Origin: Bugula neritina
Lineage: Eukaryota > Animalia > Bryozoa
Assembly: GCA_964035545.1 (NCBI GenBank)
Contig: OZ037771.1
Coordinates: forward strand, 11,970,480-12,034,479
Length of the DNA stretch: 64,000 bases
Reading direction: 5' to 3'
Part shown: positions 14,268 to 28,200 of the stretch, one piece after another
How positions within the stretch are numbered: the stretch's first letter is position 1
Layout: every line of letters begins with the position of its first letter
The notes under the pieces: generated by a model
Databases searched by the model: none
Told to the model about the DNA's origin: nothing
Seen by the model: the letters and a program-made list of their open reading frames with translations, nothing else
Translations under genes and position numbers: made by a program

Positions 14268-17200
14268 GTGTGCTGGAGGAGGGTACTTACGGAATGCTCG
14301 CATGATTTGCCGCAATACCAAGCCCTACTTTTACCCAGTAGCAGATTTCATAGAGAGTTGCTTAACATAGGATTGTTCTGCCCAACAACACCATTCCCTT
14401 GCAGATGGTATGGGGTAGTCCGGCTCTGGTTGACCTCCCATGCCTTATAGAGATTGCTCACCAGCTGCGACTGAAACTGGGCACCCTGATCAGTGTGCAT
14501 TTGTTCCAGCAAGCCAAGATAACAGAACAAGTTCTGATCGAGAGTCCTGGCCACCCTGAGGGCTGACGCGACAGGAGTAACCAGAGCACCAGCCCACCAC
14601 ATAAAGTGGTCAGTTTACACTAGTATCCAGTTATAACCTCTCTCAGGTGTGGGCATGGGGCCCACCAAATCTACGGCAATTATTTGCCACGGACAACCGG
14701 CATGAAGGCAGTGCCTTACCGCGGTCTCAGTGGAGTGGCCATGCTTGCTAGCTTGGCATACCTCAAACTTTCGCACTCGCAGTCGGACATCCGGGTCATC
14801 CCGGGCCAATACCCCCAAAGCTGAAGGCACTTAGCCCCCCCCGCCCAGCTCCAGCATAAGCTTGCTTATGAATGTCCCAGATTAGCTCCTAAGGAAGGGC
14901 AAACGGACAGACTACCCTCTCATGTTCCCGGTCATCCACAACGGTTGCTAACGCTATTGTTAACAACCCATCATCATTGAACATGATAAAGTCCCAATGG
15001 TCACAGAAATATTTGAACTCTGCACACTTGACCCTTTGTTCAGCCTCACTAGGTCGCCATCCTTCTTTCTTGGCTCGGACTAAGTTGGCTACCATACCCG
15101 GTAGCGTAGCTTGGAATTTGCAAAGTTCCTTGACATTCCAGAAAAGTGTAAGGTTTACATTAAGGTTGTTGACAGCGCTGGAGGAATTGGATCAGAGTTT
15201 GCCTTCTCAGCTATACGCACTCGCTTTTTCCATCTGTTTTTTACATTTGAGCGAGGGGGGTCTACCATTCCTAGACTCAATATTTAGGCATTGCTTACAC
15301 TACTCTCCAGGCCGCCGGCTCAATTCATTGGCATTACCGAGTTTTCTTTTGGATCGGTACTCTATTCGGTATGAACATTCAGGCAAAATCTCAAGCCGAC
15401 GAGCCACGTGGCTCGAAAATTTTTAGCCCGCTTGCACAACCATAGCAAGGAAGCATGATTCGTTTGCAGCCTGAACATCAGCTTATACAGATTTGGCCTG
15501 AAGCACTTCACTGACTTAAATGCGGCCAGGAGCTCTTGCCTGGTAGTACAGTAGTTCTTTTTAGGAGTCGACATAGTTTTACTGTAGTAGGCCACTACCA
15601 ACTCACGACCATCCTGGATCTGAGACAGCATAGCTCCTACATTGTGGTTACTAGCATCAGTGTCCAGAATGTACTTCTTCACCAGATCGGGGTAGACCAA
15701 GATGGGTACCTGCATCAGGCAATCCTTGAGGTGCTCAAATGCCTACTGATTTGCTCACTGCCAACAAGCCCCTTTTGCTGTCAGCCGCTTTAATGGCTGT
15801 GCAATCTCTATGAAGTTGAGTATGTACTGCCTGCAGTGCCTCACCAACCCAAGAAATGTCTGCAATTCAAGGAGGTCCAGAAGAACCACACACTCTCTTA
15901 CAGCTCATGTTTTCTCGGGATCGGTAGCTACTCAGTCCCGGTTAACTACATTGTCTAGGTACCTTACTTCTGGGTGCAACAACTCACACTTAAAGGACTT
16001 GAGCTTTAGACCAGCAGTTTCAAATCTCTCAAACACCTCCCTGAGTGAATTAAAATGTGTGTCAAAGTCAGGGGAAATGACAATGACATCATGGAGGTAG
16101 ATGAACAGTGTCTTCCAGTGTAACCCTCTGAAGACCTGCTCCATGAGTCGCTGAAACGTGGCAGCAGTGGATGTAAGTCTAAACGGTAACATCTTCTATT
16201 TCCAGAGCCCATCCTACATTATAAACGCTACCTTGTCTTGTGCATTAAGACTCAAAGGCACCTGCCGGTACCCGCTCAGCAAATATTGACGTACTGAATA
16301 ACTTGCTACCAGCTAAGACATCCAAGCCACTTATTGATTCTTGAAAGAAAGTAAGCGTGCTAGATGATCACGTTGTTCAGTTTGCAATAATTTATGCAAA
16401 ACCTCCAGATAGAGAGCTCTAAGCACCATGGGTTGGCTAAATCAGGTCTCAGCTCAGAAGATCTTGCACCTAACGGCTCACTTCTGTTTTTTTCCCAGGA
16501 CCTAGCTGGCGGTTCGGCTAGCAAATCGGCCCGTCTCACCACCATATCATGGTAATTGTGACTGAATACATCTTTGTACACAGAGAGTTATTGCACAACT
16601 ATCTGGATTTTCTTGTTATTCTCACAGCCATCACATGCATTCCCATACAAATATACCAAGTGTTTCGGTACCGGTCCTCTGCCGTTCGTAGGGAGTACTC
16701 CACGGGTTTTCTCTGCATTCTCCATGTTGAGCCCTATATCCTCTTCCTGCACAGAGTAAAACTTTCTCACTAACAAACCAGCCGGCAACTCCTCTCACTC
16801 CGTGAAAGGGTTATTGCACTGTGTCAGGAACTCTCTACATTCGACCAGTCAATTCAGACTGTTTGTGAGCTAGACGCACCAAGTGTCCCTTCGACCATTC
16901 TTAAGTCAAATTATTTTTTACAGTTCATTCTGCAGCAAACTGTAGCTCGAGGGCATCCAGGAATGTTGCAGGGCTGCACCACCTGCACTCCCCTACCAAG
17001 GGCCTGCCAAACTTATTAACACAAGCGAGCCCAAGCCCAGCCCACATCACAGACGACTTGTTAAAGTCAATGTGGCACTTGTGTCTTTTTGGTGATGACA
17101 TCTCTAATACGGCGTCCTCCTTCAGCTGACTGACGATGAAAGTCTCGCTGATTACCTGCTCACGGACTTATCCCGTCAGCTCAATCACGCCATAAAATGG

Positions 17201-17860
17201 AATGCACGACCTTTTCACAAATTTGCTGTGCTCTCCTTTGTATGGCTCCAGGTTAGCTCTGTCTTGTGCACTTAGCGTGTCAAAGAGATGCCTGCTCAAA
17301 AGATTGGTTGTACACCCAGTGTCCAACAGTAATGTTGCAGCTTTGCTGACAAGTTTGCATAGAGTTTGGGATGCACCCATGCTTTCCGATTGCGAAGGGT
17401 TTTCGAGGACTTGTGGGCAGTCAAGGGAAATCTCGATATTGCTCCCACTTCTCATACATTGTTTTCTCCTGCAATCTTTCAAAGCAATTTTTAAATGGCA
17501 AAGCCTGGGGTTTTGTCAAACCTTAAGGTCTGCTAACTTTCCTGGGTGCTTGCCACTTTGACAAAAAAAACTGTAGCCCCAGAGCATCCGGAAATGGTGC
17601 AGCGCTGCACTTTAAAAAAGGCGTCCTCCTCACCCTACTGGGTTTGGGCTTTGGCCTTGATCTCGGAGGTGTTAATCGAAACCCATGGTTGGCGGATTTT
17701 ACCTTGAGACATTGAGGCTTAACCATCTTTTCTCAGTGTGTAAACAGCTCTTGTGGAAGTGTCCTTTATTTCCACACTTCCCAACAGGCTGGGGGGCAAC
17801 CGCCAGCAGTACCTGACGGCGGCCGAACAAGCCGCTCGACTACCAGTTGTTGCCGCAGAC
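14268..17860 (-). mobile_element. Decayed Ty3/Gypsy internal region (Gag end with CCHC, protease, RT, RNase H, partial integrase)
   Basis: Fragmented ORFs with [24 protein letters not shown]...[22 protein letters not shown] and HTDQGAQF; many stops and frameshifts. Confidence 0.92.
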
Positions 17861-19228
17861 ACCTAATTATGTATATGTATTTTATAATAGCACTTTTTAC
17901 ATCTTTAATAATCAATTAAAGGCATAGCTACTTATAAATCCTACAAAAGTTGACAATGGGGAACACATCTATATAGTTGAAGATTTTGAAGCAAGACATA
18001 AGATTGAATAATCGATGATTGCTCTTCTATTGCAAACTTATTTTAGTTTTTGCAAAAAGTATATATATTGCTCTAGGAAATTAAATGTTTTATATTTTTA
18101 TAGAAAAAAAAATATTGTAGTATATCATGAATTATAATTAAGTGTGAATGCTGGTAAATGCTTTGATACACAACATATTAGCAACTGTAATGTGTATGAT
18201 ATTGCATCACCCGATTATTGCAAGCTGTTTTGTGAATACTGTAATTGTGCTGTTTTTCTGTACGCCATAAATAGCCTTTTTCTTTGTGGCTTTGGAAACA
18301 ACCAGTATGGTCATACTAATTGAATCTTTATAAAGCTATTTTATATATCATCAGTCTTGCAGATGTGTTTGGTGTGATTAGTTGTGTTTTCTAAATAAAG
18401 ATATATCATTGAACTTTACATACATGCAATACTATTACAGCTACCTAGTGTCAACATTTTAGAAAAAAAAATGCCATAAATTATGTCAAAATATTAGTTG
18501 CTTATACATAAAACGTTGGTGCCATAGTGCTGATGCTATGAAACTATTTATTTAATGGGAAAGTTAAAGAAAAACATCAACAATGTAGTTACTAATTTTT
18601 TTACTATTGCTTCATATGAATACGTAAATCCTGTGGATAGATTTTTGTTCCCAAACATCAAATGAAAAATCTTTTTATATAATGCAAAGCAATGGAAATG
18701 CAGGGTATATGTGAGATGTTATTATATTATACATATTGGAATGCTAAAATTTTAAGTACTATTAAAGCATGCATATAGCCATATATAAAATAGAATATAA
18801 ATAAAAATATTGTAGTAGTCTAACAATTTAAAACAGAAGGCAAAGTAGTTTTTGAATTAGAGCATGTTTGTAAAAAATAAATGTTGGCATTCATCACTAT
18901 ACAGCATTATTTCAGCTATGCACCAAAGTTAGCTTGCCGTTGAAAGAATACAACAAGTTTAAATAGTAGCTGCATGGCCAGCTATCTTTATCAAAGTTTG
19001 TATCTCAAGCTTAGGCTGTGCTAAAATGGTGAGTTGCGCACACCTCCAGCAGTTGAATGTCTTGGCAGTGCCTGGTAAAAATATGGAGAAATAGTGCTTG
19101 TAAGTAGAATCTTAAATTAATCACATTTTCAGTATTATAAATTTATATAATTAAAATTTGTTTAGCCAGGAACTAGCTGGTGAGGAGATATATCTACTCT
19201 TGTACATTCATAGGCGTTGCAAGCGCAG

Positions 19229-22200
19229 CTACTTTTTGTCAGAAAGGGATTGGCTACCAGAAAGACTTTCATCTGAAGCTTGACACTGTAGAGCTGAAGT
19301 AAAGGATGGTTGTCTGCGAGAAGTTGTATAAGGATTATGCCACCCACTTGCCTCTGCACCATTGTGGTCTGGTGGAAAAACATTTTGAAGGGATTCACTT
19401 TGTTCTTCTTGAATTGATGCATCTTCAGGATCGCAAACACTTCTAAACCTATTGTTATGACTGTGGGTAGTTGTGCGAAGGCCATCTTGCTGTCTACTCA
19501 TGGTGGACTGAGCATTTATATCATATGGTTCACTGTGTAGTCTCTTCAAGTGGCTGTGAGAATGAAAACCACTGCGATTCTGACCTTGGTAAAGCGTAAA
19601 TGCCGTATTACTTTCGTGGCATACAAGGTTTCGGTCACTAGCCGAATGAAATTCTATTTCACATGGAGTTAAAAGCTGCAAATTTTGAATACGATTGTTG
19701 TTTTCATATTCAATCTCATTCAGAGTCGAACTTAACACAACTGCTTGAAAAACTGCTGTGCCATTTCGATGGGTTCGGTGCAAATGCCCCACCAGCATTC
19801 CAAGGCGATAATGACATTGATTGTGAGCATCAATAACATATACAATAGTGCCACTATGCCCATTGATCAGAGGCCTAAAATAAAACACAAAATAAAACTA
19901 TTTACAGAACTATATGGTTTCACAATATATTACTATGCATAAATTTAAACTGTAAATAATGCAGTTTTTAAAAATATATTACTTTATATGTTTTTAGAGC
20001 TATTGGTTTCTCTTACCAGTCTTCCACAACAAACTGTATGTTATGTAGAAATTGTCTTCCAGTGTCAACACCCTTCTTCCGTTCTTCCTCTGAATGTTTC
20101 CATGATCCACCAAGAACCATATAGCCATACGCATGCCCGACTCTAACACGAACTTTTGCCATTGCCATGGCTGCTAAATGTTTTGGATCCTGAATTGGCA
20201 GGATTTCACCCATTATGCATTTGACTTTTGTTGGAGTGAAAATGTATGTCATTGCATTTTCAATTTCTGAAAGAGGAATTAATTTTTCTGAGTTGCGGAA
20301 AAGTTGACGCTGATTAAGTTCTAGTAATACAATATCATTCAGATACGACTTATAGTGATCAGGGGGAGCTTCTTCTGCTCTGTAATGACGATAAGCTAAG
20401 AGAGAAGTGAACTTTAACTCAAGCTTTTTGTTGGAGTTGAATTTCTCCATGGTAATTCGGGAATTGACCTGGTCTTTCATGCGTTTCAATGTCTCAGGTG
20501 TTACACTTTCTGCTAACAATTCTTTACATTCATTTTTCTCTAAAAGAAAGTGTGCTGGAACTACCGCAAAATAGCCAGTGTATGGATCGAGAGGGTCTGA
20601 CACTTTTCCTTCCATCACTAACTCACAAACAGCAGTGCTGCTCTGGAACTTATTCCCCATTTGGGTACACTTTTTGACGTTGAACTTATGTAGTGCGCCT
20701 CCAACAAGCTCATTAGTGTGCAACATTCCATCAATGTTTTCAGTAAATAATCTAAAATGTTTAAACTGTTTACTATGACTGATCTTTTTTTGAATGGCTT
20801 CCTGAACCTTACTATTTGCACCTTTACCAACAACCAGAACCTCTTTGTAGTCATCAGGTGATTGATAAACAAGAGGATATCTAACTTCATAGTCATGGCA
20901 AGTGCTACAATAAATGCACATTTATTTTTCTAAGTTTCAAAGCATAACTGACATGTATAAACGAAAGTTAGCTGGCCAACTACTATATTACATATCAATA
21001 AACTGAGAAGTAGTCGGATGATTTGAAAACAGACCAGTTAGCTCTCAACTTTGAATAAAGGCACCATGGAAAAACTAAAATTACAGTTAAAACTCATCTG
21101 CTCATTGGCTAAGCTTAAAAGCTTTTGATTTTAGATGTGAAGAAAACATGGTGAATAAAAAGATGAAACGCATCGAAAACTTACTTTGTTATCAGATCCA
21201 TCAACTTGTCTGGGATGATCCAATCATCAGGTGAATAATCAGGAGTCATTGCCTCTAAAGAGTAGGTCTGTCCATTGATGTCCAGCTGAAAGACAGGAAT
21301 TTCTTCTGGCTTGTCTGAACTACGACTCACTATATCATCATAATCTGGAGGTGGTGCTGGTTGAACTACAATTAGTTTAAATTTTTAATGATATTTTCAA
21401 CTGGTTGCCCTCACTACTACAACAGGCTTTTTTATTGGCATTTATTTGAAAAGTAAGTGAAATTTAACTTACCATTTGGTCAAAGGTAATAAATAAAAAT
21501 GGTTAAAATACTTTGCCAAAACTTCTATTTGCCGCATTTACTCTTACCTTTATTCTTGCTAGTGTATGCAGCAGGATCACTTAAATAATTCCTTTGCTCA
21601 ACATTGCTTCTAAAAGTGGAAATATTAAATATTCTGCATATTGAATCAAGTGACACAATCGGTAAAGGATTATAAAGACCAAACTCTAAAAGGGTCATAA
21701 GGTTTTTAAATAAAATATCAACTTGAATTGTAGATAAATGCTTTTTGGTAGATTTGACTATCAAATTACTGAAGAAAGGGGTTTAATGAACAATGAAACA
21801 TGCGTTCACACACACGCAAGCATATCATATGCATGTATGCGTGTATGCGTGTATGCGTGTATGCGTGTATGCGTGTCTGCGTGTATGCGTGTATGCGTGT
21901 ATGCGTGTATGCGTGTATGCGTGTATGCGTGTATGCGTGTATGCGTGTATGCGTGTATGCGTGTATGCGTGTATGCGTGTATGCGTGTATGCGTGTATGC
22001 GTGTATGCGTGTATGCGTGTATGCGTGTATGCGTGTATGCGTGTATGCGTGTATGCGTGTATGCGTGTATGCGTGTATGCGTGTATGCGTGTATGCGTGT
22101 ATGCGTGTATGCGTGTATGCATGTATGCATGTATGTACGTCTGTACGTACTTATGTGCATAGGTACGCACATATGTATGTACGTATGTATGTATGTACGT

Positions 22201-25200
22201 ATGTACATATGTATGTATGTACGTATGTATGTATGGCCAAATCTGTTATAAAGTCATATGTTCAGATGTGTTATGAATATACATAATATATAGATTGTCT
22301 TACTCTTGCCGAAATAACATTTCATCTTGTGAGAAGTTTTTATTTTTTCTTAATACTTCTCCTGGTCCATCTGTAAAACTTGACCATGTGGGTTGACCCA
22401 TTGAGAGGTATGGCGATTTTAGTTCTTCCAGTTCAACAGCTGGTGTACCTAGATCACATATTATGCATTAAATTTACAACTGCATACAAATGTCTGTGAC
22501 ATAGCAATAGTTTGCACAGTAAATTTCCAAACTCCCATAACTATGTCTAACATAAAACTAAAGACTCTACTAGCTATACAGCCAGTACCTAAGTCATCGG
22601 TTTGGTGTTGCAGAAACTGCAACATTTAGCCTGGGATGTTAAGTTCTGGTTTCAAGCTTAGGTTTGGAGTAAGAGGACAACAGGAGGACAACATCTCGCG
22701 CTAAATACTCAATATAGGTTTGATATTATTCATACAGTGAACTGTAATTTTACCCTCAAACTATAAGCCTAAGATAGCTAGTGGCTGATTATTTTTAGAA
22801 AACTGGCCTAACCAATTTTAGTAAAAGTTTCATGAAACACGTCTTTCTGACAGCTACTTACAATCTAATGAGTCCTACAAGTTAAAAACTTTGTTATGCT
22901 CTTAACACTTCACCTAATCAAATCTACTTCCACTATGCAGAAGTTAATGAATAGCAGATCTAGTCTTTGAAGTTGTTTTTAAAGATCAACAGCAGTTTAT
23001 TGTTTTTGTTCAAAGATGTTATTTCACATACATTAAACAATATATACAATAAGACATATAGTGTAGTAACTTGTGGCTTTTGAATGTAATCAGGCAGAGA
23101 ACATAACTCTTTGCAAGTAGTAAGAGATAAGAGAGTCTTGTTTATTGTGCGCCAAGTAAAATTTATTGATAAAAGTAGTTCCTTCTAGTGCGAGCTCCTG
23201 TCTTCAACTGACTGTGAGCCTGAAATAGGCTTCCTTTTATACTAACACAAAGGTCATTCTAGATCCTTTGACCAATAATCGGCCGAACTTCGAAATGTCG
23301 GGGTTTAGGGTGACCGCATTCAGAATGTCGGTTAGTTGACATGCTGAACTTCAGTCGAGGCCAATTTACAATGAGTAAGAAAAAATAAGATAAGATTATG
23401 GGGCAAAGGATCACGATTTAAACGTTGATAATTATGAAAAATGTGTAATAAGGGGGTAATTCTATAAATACCACACACACCCGTATCAGAAAGTACATTT
23501 TCTGATACAGCATAAAGCTAATGGTATCGAGAAAAACTGGTGCAAAGAAGGGTGGAAAAGTTGGTGGGTTGAGGAGTGAGATGTGGAGATCTGGAAGAAG
23601 TGCTGGTAAAACGGGGAGTGGTGTTAGAGGATCGGGGTTTGGGTGTTGGTACTGGAAGGTTGAGAGGTGGTGGTTAACGCCTGCAAGTTGGTACTGGCGG
23701 GTCTAGGTTTCTTTCGTGCAGAAGCAACAGGGGTCAGGCCCCGCGCAGTGTTATCGTCTACTCCAGCCAGCACGACCCGAAAGGGTTGGGTGGTTGTTGG
23801 CTGGCTGGCTGCCGTGGGTCCCTCATCATCTGTGTCTTCTCTCGCAGGCCGACACGCCGAAAACCTTTGGAGGAGCGTTGCCCGTTTACGAGGGTCCCTG
23901 ATGTGGGTCATGATGAGTTCCCGAAACTTGGGGAACGAGGCTTCGTCAACCACAAATGTCCTGCCTGTGTGTCAACAACCTATGCGCTGGTGGCGCAGCA
24001 CATATTTCGTTGATAGGAGTACTACCCACATGAGCAGAAAACATTTGCATAGTGTTGTGGGGCGTGTACCCTCAGTCGTCAAGCGTTGGATAATTTCTTC
24101 TCGCATTGGCGGCACTTGAGGTTACCAGCCTCACCACACGCTCTGTCAATCTTGAGGCGGGTGTCTACTGTGATCCAGTGTTGGCGGTTATAGCTAACAC
24201 TCTGAGCAGCTCCAGTGCCTTCCATCCTTGGTCTCCTTTGTCAATTTCTATTGCTCCGCGTTCCAGGATAACCTGCTCTTCCCTTGCAGGTAGTTGTACT
24301 TCTACGGGTTCTAGAGCAGGCTCCACTGGAGCGACGAGCACTTGCTCATCAGGCCTGGGTGAACCTTTCAGGCTGGTGGCAGCTGAACAAGGGTTCCTAG
24401 TGAAAAGGGAGTGGCGCTGATTTGCCTCGGCTTTATCTATGTCCATCAGATTATCTAGAACAGTAAATACAGGCTGTGACTGGCCAATCATAACACTCCC
24501 AAAACTCGGCAATTGCTTATACGGTGCTTTAACAACTGGAACTTCAGGTGAGTCTAAGAGAGCTGCCAACCGCAAGTCCCGGTCAAACAGGTAGTCAAGG
24601 AGACACTCGTTGCCGAAAGTTATCTGGAAATATTTAATTATAGTAATTTCAACTCGATTGATTAAAGAAAGTTTATTAAAAGTTAGACTGAACTCCGAAA
24701 ATAGAGGGTCTAGTCTTAGAGAAATACCTGACTGAACACGGTTGTCCGACATCTCGGGTAAAGTTATTCCCATTTTAAATTGCTAAGGAGTTGAAATTGT
24801 GCGTACATTTGTGACTTAAGTAAAAGCTGAAATGACCAAACCCCATATTGTCAAATTCTCATGCGATGACCCTTTGGTCACGTGTCTGGTCAGTTTCCCT
24901 GACAATTTTTGGTAGGACAACTTTCTACTTTGACCCTCCTCTGATTTTTGACATGTGTTTTCAACTCTCTCAGGGAAACTTGTCCATCTTTTGAGACGTC
25001 TGACCATGCGAGAGTCAGAGTGCATGCCTGTACCAGGTGTACCACTCCTAGATAGGAATGTATCTATGAGCCCACTGTGATAGTCGGCCAAACATTTCGG
25101 GGGCTTTATGCTTCATTTCTGTCTCCCTAAGTTGGCAGGCACTGATGTAGTTCTCCTCTGGCCGGCGGCACATCTCGTCGACGTTCCCGTGCCTTTTCCC

Positions 25201-28200
25201 AGCACGATGATCTATCTTATAGCAGAACTCATCAAAAATCTCTAGCCAACGGGCCACCTGACTCAAAGGTTCAGCATGTTTGCACAGCCACATCAGTTAT
25301 GCATGGTCGGTTCCTAACCTAAACGCTCTCCCATACAGATACGGTTGGCAGTGCTTAGTCGCATTGACTACTGCCTAGAGCTCCTTCTTGGTGGTGCAGT
25401 AGTTCTTCTCAGCAATCAAAAGAGTCTTACTGTAGTAAGCCACTACCACCTTTGTTCCACCCGAAACTTGGGACAGAACAGCTCCTACACTATGGTCGCT
25501 GGCATCAATGTCCAGGCAGACTCTTTGACCGAGTCAGAGTATGCCAAAATAGGCGCTTCCATCAGCCGATTTTTGACGTGGTCAAACGCCTGCTGCTCCT
25601 TTTGGGTCCACTGTCACTGGGTTTTCTTTGCAATTAGCTTATTCAAAGGCTTAGCCACTCTTGAAAACCCGGGTATGTTCTCTCTGTAGTTCCTCACCAG
25701 GCTCAAGAATGCCCGCAACCCAGGAAGATCTCGGGAGACAGCCCGCCCTCCACAGCCTGCACTTTCTCCTGGTCGGTAGCAACGTCATCACAGCCAATCA
25801 CATGGCCCAAGTACTTGACTTCCGGCTGTAAAAGTGTACACTTGGTGAGCTTCAACTTTAGTCCGGCAGCTCGAAGACGGTCAAAGATCTCCCACAGATG
25901 ACTGGCATGAGTCGCAAAGTCTGGGGAGATAACGATGACATCATCCAGGTAGATGAGCAAAGTCTTTCAGTGCAGGCCACTGAGGACCTGCTCTATGAGT
26001 TGTTGGGAAGTTGCCGGAGCAGATGTCAGTCTGAATAGTAATACTTTCCAGATCCAGAGCTCGTTGCAAGTGATGAATGACGGCTTGTTCTGAGCATCAG
26101 GACTGAGGGGCAGCTGCCAGTAACACTCAGCAGATTCGAAGTACAAAATACTTGCTTCCCGCGAGGGCATTCAGAGACTCATTTATCTGAGAAAGGGAGT
26201 AAGCATCCTGGATGGTAACACTATTGAGTTTGCGGTAGTCTATGCACAACTTCCAGTTACCATCCTTCTTCTTGACTTGAACTACTGAAGGGCTCCACGC
26301 ACCGTAGGCAGGCTCAATCAGATCTTGGTCGAGAAGATCGTGCACTTGCCTGCTTACCTCCTTCTCCGGGCCCAGTCGCCAAGTCAGCTGCTTGATGGGA
26401 GTGATTTCAACTGCTAAAGGTATCTCGTGGCAAACAAACTTGGCCAGCCTCAATTTCCTCATCTTTATAGCTGTAAACGTCACTGTAATCCATGAGTAGT
26501 CGAGCCAGTTCTTGGCGTTCAGCACTACTATTACAGTTCCGCAGGCTCCATCATATAGGTCAGCCATGTGTTCTGGTACCGCTCCTCAGCTGGCCTGGGG
26601 GAGAAAAGGGTTTCCTGTGTGTCCGCTACTGTCTTCAGTGCCGGTCCCACATATGTTTCTTGAATAGAGTGGTACTTCCCCAGAAAAGTGCCAGCCGACG
26701 GCATGTTAGGATACGCGAAAGGGTTAATGAACTGTACGAGAATTCTAGCAAATTTAGGCATCCCCTCCACCACTCCCAGTCCCGCTATCCTCTTGCAGTT
26801 AACCTTGCAGCATAGAATAGTCGTGGACCGTCCGGGTAGCATGCAGTTTTGTACTACCTGTACTCTGCCCACCAGGGGCCTACCAAACTTTTTATTGCAG
26901 ACAAGTTCCTTTCCGGCCACCCATAACACCGAGTTCTGAAAGTCCATGCTACACTGGTGTTTTTACAGGAATGGCATGCCCAAGATGGCGTCCTCCTTCA
27001 GATAGCTGGTGATAAAAAGTCTCGTGATTCACCAAAGCACCACACCCCTAGCAAGTAGGCTGCGTAGGCCTGGTAAGGTCGCCCCGAGAATCGGGCTTTG
27101 GTTATCAGTCTGTTGTTGTTGCATTTTCATTACTTCCAGTTGCAGGTTTTTCACCATGTCTAACAACATGGTGAACTGCGGGAGGTTGGTGCCGCGCTAG
27201 CAACGGGGTGACTTGAGCATTCTCCTTGCGTGTTTCCTCCCCTTGAATTGCGGTAAAATCTGCTCCATGGGGGGCGTCTTCTTGATAGTCGGACCATCCC
27301 ATGTCAGTGCTTCTTCTATGGTGGAAATCTTTGCTGCCAGGTAATAACGCTAGAGTCCGCTGTTTTTCACTGTTCTGAAGCAAGCCTCATAGACTAGGTG
27401 CTGTCGTTCTTGTGGATTGGTGCGGCTGTATGCTATTTGTGCCAGTTTCTCTATGGGATTAGCATGGTCCTGTAGGAGGTCTTTCGGTTTCTTCGGAGGC
27501 TCTGTAATCTGTCTTGAGCGTCCCGGACGGTTAAATATTGAACCTAGCCCAGAGTGCCTGAAAGATGTGGTTTACATCTGATCTGAGTGCATTTAGCTGG
27601 TCTGGTCAAGCAGGATTGCAGCTGTAAAAGTCGTACCAGTGCCGGCTACTCCGCGATGGTAGCCACATCCTCAAATTCTCTAATAAATTGTTCACCATTG
27701 CTGTTGCCTCCAAAAATCAAAGGCCAACAGCGGTACCTGTCATCATGTGGCGCCTGACTAGCTCCACCGACTTCTCAGATGGCTGTAACTAGGGTCTCCA
27801 TCGCGAGAGCCTCTCCTCTTTCTTCTATCTTAGTCATCTGGCTCTTTTCTCTATTTCTTGTAAGGCTGTATGATTATTCGTGATATCATCACTGCCACCA
27901 ATGTAGTAACTTGTGGGTTTTGAATGCAATCAGGCAGAGATTGTAACTCCTTGCAAGTAGTTAGAGATAAGAGAGTCCTTTCTATTGTTTGCAGAGTAAG
28001 ATTTATTGATAAAAGCAGTTCCTTCTAGTGTGAGCTCCTGTCTTCAACTGACTGTAAGCTTAAAATGGGCCTACTTTAACTAACACAAAGGCTATTCTAG
28101 AACCTTCACCCAATAGTCGGCTAAAGTTTGTAATGTCGGGGTTTGGGGTGGCCGAGATTCGGACTGTCGGAGACCGACATCGGAATGTTGGTTAGTTGAC

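Noticed and set aside
21738-22286. Multiple ORFs with YACMRVCV/HAYTHTRI repeats
   Set aside because: Artefacts of an intronic 8-bp repeat.
22589-22700. AG...GT-bounded candidate exon in protease paralogue 2
   Set aside because: Contains a stop in the required frame; the flanking exons join in phase without it.
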